A stretch of 32,000 nt of DNA from Solitalea agri. GTDB taxonomy: Bacteria; Bacteroidota; Bacteroidia; Sphingobacteriales; Sphingobacteriaceae. Location of the stretch: assembly GCF_023914155.1 (NCBI RefSeq), contig NZ_JAMWYS010000053.1, forward strand, positions 117,339 through 149,338. The letters run 5' to 3'. Below are positions 17,294-24,852 of the stretch, piece after piece. Each line of letters begins with the position of its first letter. The first letter of the stretch is position 1. A program made the translations under genes and the position numbers. Under the pieces are notes generated by a model. It was given only the letters and a program-made list of their open reading frames with translations. It did not search any database and had not been told where the DNA came from.

Positions 17294-17338
17294 ATTTGAG
17301 ATATGCGATAGGAGATTTTCGCATATCTCAAATTTTTT
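17294..17338 (+). terminator. strong rho-independent terminator (15-bp stem)
   Basis: atttgagatatgcga (17294-17308) pairs with tcgcatatctcaaat (17319-17333) around a 10-nt loop, and the 3' arm runs into a T6 tract that ends at 17338. Confidence 0.85.
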
Positions 17339-17414
17339 AGTCTCAGGCTGTTTGTAAACTTTAACCTATAAAGTATCCAGTCTTAAATCTCGATTACTAA
17401 TCCTCACCGCTAAC

Positions 17415-17948
17415 ATGAACTATTTTCAGTTTTACGATATACCGGTTTCTTTTAATCCCGACGAAAGTTTATTAAAAAAGAAGTTTTATGCTCTAAGCAA
17501 GCAATATCACCCTGATTTTTATGTAAACGAATCAGAAGAAAAGCAAACTGAAGTACTAGAGCTTTCAACATTGAATAATAATGCTTTTAAGGTGTTGAGC
17601 AACCCGGTAAAAAGGCTTGAGTATGTTCTTGAACTAAATGGTCTTATAATAGAAGGGGAGAAAAATCAACTGCCGCAAGCATTTTTAATGGAGATGATGG
17701 ACATCAATGAACAGTTGATGGAACTGGAATTTGATGAGGATGAACAACGTTTGACTGAAATTAATGAACAAGTGTCGGGTCTGGAAAATAACCTAACTAC
17801 TGAATTGGATAAGCTAACAGAGGGTTTTGATGCCCACTCTGAAGAGCAACAAAAAAATATTCTCCTGAAAATCAAGGATAACTATTATAAGAGTAAATAT
17901 TTGTTGCGAATTAAGGAAAAACTGCATACATTTGCAACCCGCAATTAA
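17415..17948 (+). CDS. hscB: HscB-like J-domain co-chaperone
   Basis: N-terminal J domain with HPD (KKKFYALSKQYHPDFY), followed by an acidic helical C-terminal domain of HscB-like length (177 aa). Confidence 0.7.
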   Translation: MNYFQFYDIPVSFNPDESLLKKKFYALSKQYHPDFYVNESEEKQTEVLELSTLNNNAFKVLSNPVKRLEYVLELNGLIIEGEKNQLPQAFLMEMMDINEQLMELEFDEDEQRLTEINEQVSGLENNLTTELDKLTEGFDAHSEEQQKNILLKIKDNYYKSKYLLRIKEKLHTFATRN

Positions 17949-17981
17949 GGAAAGGGTTTTAGTAATAAAACCTGAAAAAAT

Positions 17982-18061
17982 GCCCGGATGGCGGAATTGG
18001 TAGACGCGCTGGTCTCAAACACCTGTGGGAAACCGTGCCGGTTCGACTCCGGCTCCGGGTA
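17982..18061 (+). tRNA. tRNA-Leu (anticodon CAA)
   Basis: Hand-folded cloverleaf. The acceptor GCCCGGA pairs with TCCGGGT (one terminal G-U). The D arm is GCG/CGC with loop gaattggtaga. The anticodon stem CTGGT/ACCTG has one U-U mismatch, and the loop is CT-CAA-AC. The short extra arm is tgggaaaccgt, and the T arm is GCCGG-TTCGACT-CCGGC. The discriminator is A and no CCA is encoded. Confidence 0.85.
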
Positions 18062-18073
18062 CTGGAAAAATGT

Positions 18074-18115
18074 AAAACCCTTGTAAGTTAATCTTGCAAG
18101 GGTTTTGTGTTTTAT
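18074..18115 (+). terminator. rho-independent terminator after tRNA-Leu
   Basis: aaaacccttgtaag (18074-18087) pairs with cttgcaagggtttt (18093-18106) with one G-U, around the loop ttaat, followed by gtgtttta. Confidence 0.75.
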
Positions 18116-18449
18116 GGGTGCAAAATGGGTGTAAGTTTTATAATTAGACTGGGCCTTTAGTTTTTTCCTTACTCCATATCAAACTACCCCATTCCACACA
18201 ATTACATTTTCTTTTACAATTAAAATACCCACCCATTTGTATATAACCCTATGGCTTTACCAATACGAGACGAGGTTTATTGATTTAAGACAAGTTGTAA
18301 CAACTAGCGGCTTTCTAATATTGCTACTCAAAATTAACGATATGAAAAGAATAGTATTTCTCTAATTATTGGTTCTTCTATTCGAGTTGGGTGCCTAACT
18401 TTCGTTTATGGTCTAAATTATCAATCGATTAACAAGCTATTTCAAACCA

Positions 18450-19547
18450 TTATTGTGCAGTACTAAAACGTTCAAAAAACTGCCAATATTTGTCTTTAAA
18501 AATATCGTATTCTATTTCAAAATAATTATTGTAGGTTTTTTGAATGTCATGGAAAACTTTTGAGGGTAAGCGAAAATCTTTACATGCGAAGTAAATATCA
18601 CGTTCAGAATTTGCTGTTTCCCGACCAATATTTAAATACCCATCGAAATCTTTAAGTTCTTGCATAATTGCTTCTTCTATAGTATTCAATAATTCGTAGT
18701 CATCGCTTTCCGGCAAACCACCATTATTATTTCCATCAAACTTAAGAGTAATAGCGGCAATCCAAGGATGAGAAGCTTTATTGTCCCAATTTAATAAGTC
18801 AGTATTAATTACAGCTAACAATCTATTCCCGCTTTCTAATTCAGCATCAAGTATTGAATAATTATCTTCTGCAGTGTTACGTCTAACTCCTTCATTCTTT
18901 TCAACAAACTCTTTCTGTCTCCATTTTAAGAAATCTTTAAGTTTTGCAATAGGAATGAGCTCCAATTTAGCTTCCTTTTTTCCAACTATTGAGAGGTTAT
19001 CAATGCATGTTGCAAAATTTAGTTCACCTAAATAATTTTCCAAAAAGATGCAGGCGCCATTAGTAATATTTGATTTATTTTCATCTGTCAAGTCATCATG
19101 AACAATTGTTATGTCTATTTCATCTGGATATTTTGAAAATACATTAGAGTAAAAATGAATGTTAGTTTCATTAAACTCATATCCGGCCATTTTAATGGCA
19201 ACATCTTTAATATTTAATTCAGGTTTAAGAGCGGTAAATTTCCAACCGCTAATTTGAGGTGCAGCATTTATAAGTTCTTCTATAAAGGCTATGTTATTTA
19301 CATTGCCATCGGCCGTTAAAATTAGTTCTACTGTATTTGTATCATACATGCCAGTAAGATAGAAATAGCCGTCTTTTAGTTCATTTAGCTTTGGTGAAAG
19401 CTTATCAAAGAAATCTTTTTCGATTTCTTTATGCTCTTTAACAACCTGGAAAAATTGCCTTTCATACTTCTGAAACCAAGTCCAAAAATCTGAGTAGGAT
19501 GTAATACTTTGCTTTTTCTTTTCAAAAATGCTTTTTATGAAATTCAT
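18450..19547 (-). CDS. hypothetical protein, tentatively DUF695 / RraB-like C-terminal domain
   Basis: 365-aa ORF in a visibly AT-rich stretch. The C-terminal part (NKASHPWIAAITLKFDGNNNGGLPESDDYELLNTIEEAIMQEL...GYLNIGRETANSERDIYFACKDF) resembles the DUF695 pattern as I remember it. It has no signal peptide or TM segment. Confidence 0.5.
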   Translation of the reverse strand: MNFIKSIFEKKKQSITSYSDFWTWFQKYERQFFQVVKEHKEIEKDFFDKLSPKLNELKDGYFYLTGMYDTNTVELILTADGNVNNIAFIEELINAAPQISGWKFTALKPELNIKDVAIKMAGYEFNETNIHFYSNVFSKYPDEIDITIVHDDLTDENKSNITNGACIFLENYLGELNFATCIDNLSIVGKKEAKLELIPIAKLKDFLKWRQKEFVEKNEGVRRNTAEDNYSILDAELESGNRLLAVINTDLLNWDNKASHPWIAAITLKFDGNNNGGLPESDDYELLNTIEEAIMQELKDFDGYLNIGRETANSERDIYFACKDFRLPSKVFHDIQKTYNNYFEIEYDIFKDKYWQFFERFSTAQ

Positions 19548-19884
19548 TTATATAGTGATTTATCGTATCTGAATACTGGTCACAATATATAAAAGCTGTT
19601 GCAAACTAGCGTTAAGGATAGAAAATAAGTAAAACAGCCTTGAGCGTGTATTGGCCAAGAGGGGAAGATGGGAGCAAAAGTAGTCCCTTCCGATTGTCCA
19701 TCAAATGTTTACTGACTTTTGGATATCTAATTACCGTGAAATCCACTTGAAAAAGGCTTTTAACCGACCGCATATCTTCCCAGTTCAAAAAAATTTTCGT
19801 TATAATTTTCTTAATAACAATTAGTTATATTAAATTCATATAATCTATTTAGTCTATAGAGTATAAAGTTTAAATAGAATTTTA

Positions 19885-19892
19885 TACATTTG
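19885..19892 (+). promoter_or_regulatory. candidate -7 box (TACATTTG) about 245 nt upstream of the SusC-like gene
   Basis: This is the only TAnnTTTG match I see on the plus strand in the 590-nt spacer. If used, it implies a long 5' leader. Confidence 0.25.
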
Positions 19893-20136
19893 GTTAATGA
19901 TTATTAACTATAAGACAAACAACGTGTTGGGTAAGTCATTTTTGAAGAAAATCCATTAGGTACTTAGCAATAAAATAAGGAATGATTAAAAAAGGAGGGT
20001 GAATTAGATCAAAGGTATTTAACATAAATCGAAGGGGATGCTTAGAGCACCCCCTAAAGGTTCAAATCAATGAAAAAGGTCTTCAATTGGCGTTGGCACC
20101 TCTTTCAATCTGTAAAATTTCAACCAACATAAAAGT

Positions 20137-23100
20137 ATGCAAAAAATAACAAAAGCCATATGGGCTTTTAACTCGCGTATTTCACCGCCTGGTATTTTGT
20201 GGTCACGCAGTATATCAGTGAGGCAAATTCAGTTTCTCCAGCAACTAAAGAAGAAACTTCAATTAACAGCATTTATTCTTTTAGCGCTCTTGCAAACTAT
20301 AAATGCTCAGGCGCAGCAACAGCCTGTTATTAATTCAACTCTTACCGGCAAAGTAACCGATGTAAAAACAAAGGAATCGCTTGCCGGTGTAACTCTTCAG
20401 ATCAAAGGTACTACTCATGCTACTGCTACCGATGCTCACGGTAATTTCAAATTTTTAACGGGACAAAAGCTTCCTTTCGCACTGATCGTTTCTTTTGTTG
20501 GTTACGAAACCCAAGAGGTTGCAGTTACCGAAGGGCCAGTTACCATTGAACTAAAAGAAGCATCTTATCAACTGGCAAGTGTTGTTGTGGTTGGTTATGG
20601 TACACAAAAGAAAAGCGATTTAACAGGGTCGGTTTCTTCCTTACCTGCAAATTTTAAATCTCAACCGGCTGCTTCTCCAGACAGACTCTTGCAAGGAGCA
20701 GTAGCAGGAGCGCAGGTAACCCAATCGAGTGGTGCACCTGGAGGAAGCGTTTCCATCCGTATTCGCGGAGGAACTTCTATCAATGCAGGTAACGAGCCTT
20801 TGTATGTGATCGATGGATTTCCTATATATAATGCTGATGCAACTACCGATGCCGGTGTAACTGCCGGTCCGCCAATTAATCCTTTATCAGGCATAAATCC
20901 TTCAGATATCGCATCAATTGATGTGCTAAAAGATGCTTCGGCAACTGCCATTTACGGATCAAGAGGAGCAAACGGGGTAATCATTATTACCACTAAGCGA
21001 GGTAATAAAGGTGGTTTTTCTGTCAATTACGACGGTTACTATGGAATTCAGCAAAGTGCCCAAAAAATAGGTGTTTTAAATGCACAACAATGGGGAGCAT
21101 TAAAGAACGATGCATTAAAAGATGCCGGAAAGTCACCTTTTTACACACAAGAACAGCTGGATAATCTGGGAGAGGGAACCGACTGGCAGGCAGCAGCTTT
21201 TCGCGAAGCACCCATGCAAAGTCATAGCCTTTCCATCTCATCAGGCAATGAAAAAACAAAGATCCTGTTTTCAGGGAGCCTCTTTAAACAGGACGGTATT
21301 ATTCTGAATACTGGTTTCAATCGATATTCTGGAAAGTTAAACCTTGATAATGATGTTACTAGCAACTTTAAGCTGGGTGTTAGCTTAAATGGAAGTTTGT
21401 CGGAATCAGTTGTAGCTCCAAGTGGCATTGTTCCTAATATTTTGTCAATGGTGCCTGTAGTTCCGGTTCGTGATGAAACAGGAAACTTTACAGCTAATAG
21501 CAGCTTTGGTTCAACAGTAGCCAACCCGATTGCTACGTTAAGTCTGCAAAGTAATGAAACCAAAACAACCCGCTTTTTAGCAAACAGTTTTGCTGAGTAT
21601 AGACTGCTTGAAGGCCTTACTGCAAAAGTATCCCTGGGAACTGATATTGTAAACAACAAGCAAAACAGGTATTTGCCTTCTACACTTTTCGAAAGTTCTC
21701 CGGGAGGTAACGCTTCTATTGGTTCGTTGGGGACGCTTAACTGGTTAAATGAAAATACGCTTAACTACAGAAAAACATTCAACAGCAAACATTCGATCGA
21801 CCTGCTAATTGGTAACACTCAGCAGAAATCAAGAACTGAAACTTACATTGCTGGAGCTTCCAACTTTGTTAGCGATGAGTTTACCTATAATAACATTGGT
21901 GGAGGAACCGTGTTGGTTGCTCCTTCCAGCTCGAGTATTGAATGGGCGCTTCAATCGTTTTTGGCTCGTGTAAACTACGGGTATGATAACCGTTATTTAT
22001 TAACGCTTACAGCTCGTGCTGATGGTTCATCACGTTTTAGCAAGAATAATAAATGGGGAACCTTTCCTTCGGCAGCGTTTGCCTGGAATGTATCGAATGA
22101 AGAATTCCTGAAAAACAGCAGGCAGATCAACTCATTGAAACTTCGCTTAAGCGCAGGTCTTACCGGTAACCAGGAGATCGATCCTTACCGTTCACTTGCC
22201 CGATTGGGAAGTTTCCAATATAGCTTTGGTAACACCCTTGTAAACGGGTTGGCTACAAGCAGTTTTGAGAATCCGAATTTAACTTGGGAAAAAACGGCGC
22301 AGTATGATTTCGGTTTCGACCTTGAATTGTTTAACAGCCGTATTCAACTAACCTCGGATATTTATTATAAACGGACTTCGGATCTATTATTGGAAGTTCC
22401 TGTTCCTTATTCTTCGAGCGTTACCAGTGCTTTTCAAAATCTTGGTGTAGTTGCAAATAGAGGAGTGGAGTTGGGACTTAAAACTGCCAATCTTCGCGGT
22501 GAATTTGATTGGAATACAAATGTTCTTCTTTCGGTAAACCGTAATAAAATTGAAAGCTTGGGAGGAGCCAACTATTTCTTTGTAACCGACCCGGCTAGCC
22601 CAACCACACTGCCAACACAAATTATAAAAGTAGGCGAATCGGTGGGTGCATTTTATACCCTGGTGGCTGATGGCGTCGATCCTGCTACTGGTTTACAAAA
22701 ATATAAGGATCTTAATCATGATGGAGCGATCACCCAGGATGCCGACCGTACCATTGTAGGAAGCGCACAACCTAAGTTTCTGGCAAGTATCAGCAATACA
22801 TTCAAGTATAAAAACTTCGATCTGTTCGTCTTCTTCAATTCGTCATACGGCAATAAGATCTTTAACTGGACACGTGCCAACTTAGAATTAGGTACGGGGT
22901 ATACCGGAGCTGTTTCTTCGCTTTTAAATCGTTGGACACCTACCAATACCATTACCGATGTTCATAAAGCTATTGAAAATCCGGCGGTAACCATTTCGGA
23001 TCGTTTTGTTGAAGATGGTTCATTCATCCGCTTAAAGACACTTTCGTTAGGATATAATCTGCCGCAAAAATTGGTTGCCAAAGGCAAGTTTAAAGCTGCC

Positions 23101-23262
23101 AGAATCTATGTAACAGCTTCGAATCTGTACACCTGGACCAATTATTCGGGGTATGACCCAGAAGTGAGCACAAACGGACAAAATTCACTTAGCTCGGGCC
23201 TGGACCGCGGTGCATATCCAAATGCGAAGTCGTTTATAGCGGGAATTAGTTTGACACTGTAA
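20137..23262 (+). CDS. SusC/RagA-family TonB-dependent outer-membrane transporter
   Basis: It has a carboxypeptidase-regulatory-like N-domain (LTGKVTDVKTKESLAGVTLQIKGT) and a plug (VVVVGYGTQKKSDLTGSVSS, IRIRGGTSINAGNEPLYVIDGFP, IDVLKDASATAIYGSRGANGVIIITTKRG), followed by about 800 aa of barrel. A SusD gene follows. The start is uncertain: the signal peptide (KKKLQLTAFILLALLQTINAQA) begins near residue 37, so GTG 20218 is an alternative start. Confidence 0.92.
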   Translation: MQKITKAIWAFNSRISPPGILWSRSISVRQIQFLQQLKKKLQLTAFILLALLQTINAQAQQQPVINSTLTGKVTDVKTKESLAGVTLQIKGTTHATATDAHGNFKFLTGQKLPFALIVSFVGYETQEVAVTEGPVTIELKEASYQLASVVVVGYGTQKKSDLTGSVSSLPANFKSQPAASPDRLLQGAVAGAQVTQSSGAPGGSVSIRIRGGTSINAGNEPLYVIDGFPIYNADATTDAGVTAGPPINPLSGINPSDIASIDVLKDASATAIYGSRGANGVIIITTKRGNKGGFSVNYDGYYGIQQSAQKIGVLNAQQWGALKNDALKDAGKSPFYTQEQLDNLGEGTDWQAAAFREAPMQSHSLSISSGNEKTKILFSGSLFKQDGIILNTGFNRYSGKLNLDNDVTSNFKLGVSLNGSLSESVVAPSGIVPNILSMVPVVPVRDETGNFTANSSFGSTVANPIATLSLQSNETKTTRFLANSFAEYRLLEGLTAKVSLGTDIVNNKQNRYLPSTLFESSPGGNASIGSLGTLNWLNENTLNYRKTFNSKHSIDLLIGNTQQKSRTETYIAGASNFVSDEFTYNNIGGGTVLVAPSSSSIEWALQSFLARVNYGYDNRYLLTLTARADGSSRFSKNNKWGTFPSAAFAWNVSNEEFLKNSRQINSLKLRLSAGLTGNQEIDPYRSLARLGSFQYSFGNTLVNGLATSSFENPNLTWEKTAQYDFGFDLELFNSRIQLTSDIYYKRTSDLLLEVPVPYSSSVTSAFQNLGVVANRGVELGLKTANLRGEFDWNTNVLLSVNRNKIESLGGANYFFVTDPASPTTLPTQIIKVGESVGAFYTLVADGVDPATGLQKYKDLNHDGAITQDADRTIVGSAQPKFLASISNTFKYKNFDLFVFFNSSYGNKIFNWTRANLELGTGYTGAVSSLLNRWTPTNTITDVHKAIENPAVTISDRFVEDGSFIRLKTLSLGYNLPQKLVAKGKFKAARIYVTASNLYTWTNYSGYDPEVSTNGQNSLSSGLDRGAYPNAKSFIAGISLTL

Positions 23263-23293
23263 GCATCTACCAGTTACCTAAAAATTAATTAGT

Positions 23294-24814
23294 ATGAAAA
23301 AGACATTAATTCTACTGTCGGCATTAAGTATAGGGTTCACGAGTTGTGTTGATCTTAATGAAAGTCCTGAATCCTTTATTTCACCGGAACAATTCTATAA
23401 AACAGCCAAGGATGCAGTGACGGCGGTAAACGCCATTTATTATCCGCTGGTTGATAACAAGGTGGGAGCGCAACCCATTTATAACCGTTTGTTTTATACC
23501 GGTCTGGATTTTATGACCGACGATATGGATGCGGGGCCAGGTTCTCCAAACGGAGAAGTTAGGGCTTTCGCCAAACTTACCCACGCCTCCACCAATTTGC
23601 GGATCCAGCAAATTTGGACCGAGCATTACGAGGGTATTAACAAAGCAAATATTGCACTTGAACGCATTCCAGCAATAGAAATGGATGCGAAACTGAAAAG
23701 CCGCTTATTGGGCGAAGCCAGCTTTCTGCGAGCCCTCTATTATTTTAACCTGGTACGTCTGTATGGCGATGTGCCTTTGCTCTTGGCTGATCAAACCCGT
23801 TTAACAACTGCCGAACTTCAGGTTCCACGAACCCCGACCGCAGAAGTTTACGCCCAGATCATAAAAGACCTTGAAGATGCGGCGAACTATTTTAAAAATG
23901 GAGCACCCGGTGAAGCCGGCCGTGCTACAGAAGGCGCATCAAAAGCGTTATTGTCGAAAGTGTATCTAACCCGCAGAGATTGGGCTAATGCAGTTAAGCT
24001 TGCCGAGGAAGTGATCAATGGTCCTTATGGTTATGGGTTGTTCGATGATTATTCGCAGGTATTTCTGCCGGCCTACAAAAACGGACGGGAACATATTTTT
24101 TCTGCTCAAATAAAAGGCAGCACCATCAGCACCGGACATTTGGTAACCTCCAGCGACATACGTTCTGGGGTGCCTGGCATAAAAGGTTCATATGGTAACC
24201 AGGTGGCTTTTTATACCGTTGGAAGTGATAAGTACTTCAGTGTTTATAAGCTGTTTTCCAATAAGGATAAAAGAAAACGGGTTTCGTTTGTTACTTCCTA
24301 TACGAGCCCTACCGATGGTAAGAAATATTTTACCCTAAATGCCCCCGGCGATTCAGTTCCTTACATTAATAAAAACTGGGATCCTAACTATCCAACTTCT
24401 GGTCAGTCGGATGCCAATGCCAATGTATTGCGCTTTGCTGAAGTATTGCTGATCCATGCCGAAGCAGAGAACGAACTGAATGGTCCTACAGAAAAAGCCT
24501 ATACTTCATTGAATAAGATCAGAAAAAGAGCAGGCTTGGACAATCTGACTGCAGGGTTAACGAAAGATCAGTTCCGTGATTCAGTTTACCTCGATCGTCG
24601 TCTGGAACTGGTGGCTGAGTATCAGCGTTTCTTTGATCTGATACGAGAAACAGGAACCGAAGCGACAGGAGTAGGGCCAGAAGGAAGAGGTATTTTGCTG
24701 AAGTGTCTCAAACTTGTTGGTAAAAACAATGTGGCCCCGAAGCATTACCTATATGCAATTCCTCAAGGTGAAATTGACCGTAATCCGAAGCTTACTCAAA
24801 ATCCGGGTTGGTAA
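23294..24814 (+). CDS. SusD/RagB-family nutrient-binding outer-membrane lipoprotein
   Basis: Lipoprotein signal MKKTLILLSALSIGFTSC. SusD-like blocks RALYYFNLVRLYGDVPL, LRFAEVLLIHAEAENELNG and DRRLELVAEYQRFFDLIR. Confidence 0.9.
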   Translation: MKKTLILLSALSIGFTSCVDLNESPESFISPEQFYKTAKDAVTAVNAIYYPLVDNKVGAQPIYNRLFYTGLDFMTDDMDAGPGSPNGEVRAFAKLTHASTNLRIQQIWTEHYEGINKANIALERIPAIEMDAKLKSRLLGEASFLRALYYFNLVRLYGDVPLLLADQTRLTTAELQVPRTPTAEVYAQIIKDLEDAANYFKNGAPGEAGRATEGASKALLSKVYLTRRDWANAVKLAEEVINGPYGYGLFDDYSQVFLPAYKNGREHIFSAQIKGSTISTGHLVTSSDIRSGVPGIKGSYGNQVAFYTVGSDKYFSVYKLFSNKDKRKRVSFVTSYTSPTDGKKYFTLNAPGDSVPYINKNWDPNYPTSGQSDANANVLRFAEVLLIHAEAENELNGPTEKAYTSLNKIRKRAGLDNLTAGLTKDQFRDSVYLDRRLELVAEYQRFFDLIRETGTEATGVGPEGRGILLKCLKLVGKNNVAPKHYLYAIPQGEIDRNPKLTQNPGW

Positions 24815-24852
24815 TTAATGGTGAAAATTAATAACGATAGAAAAATCCTCTC

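Noticed and set aside
3141-17875. Track ORFs antisense to the long CDSs in the housekeeping block (3141..3323, 3989..4180, 4111..4299, 5026..5265, 6835..7065, 7742..8023, 7896..8210, 9575..9832, 13079..13390, 15559..15825, 16399..16716, 16772..17002, 17666..17875)
   Set aside because: Each overlaps a longer ORF with recognisable motifs on the other strand. Their products are Ser/Leu/Phe/Cys-rich, typical of shadow frames, and none has its own promoter or terminator context.
18342-18365. The mini-ORF MKRIVFL followed by a stop and a hydrophobic continuation (LLVLLFELGA) looks like a broken signal peptide
   Set aside because: It is too short to distinguish from chance in AT-rich DNA, and no downstream reading frame continues it.
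19627-19790. 55-codon minus-strand ORF (MRSVKSLFQVDFTVIRYPKVSKHLMDNRKGLLLLPSSPLGQYTLKAVLLIFYP) considered as a transposase remnant
   Set aside because: It has no recognisable transposase motif and no terminal inverted repeats nearby. Length and composition are compatible with a chance ORF.
20070-20132. 20-codon uORF (MKKVFNWRWHLFQSVKFQPT) ending 4 nt before the susC ATG, considered as a regulatory leader peptide
   Set aside because: It shows no codon enrichment or obvious coupled RNA structure, unlike the His leader. I mention it only as context in the leader finding.
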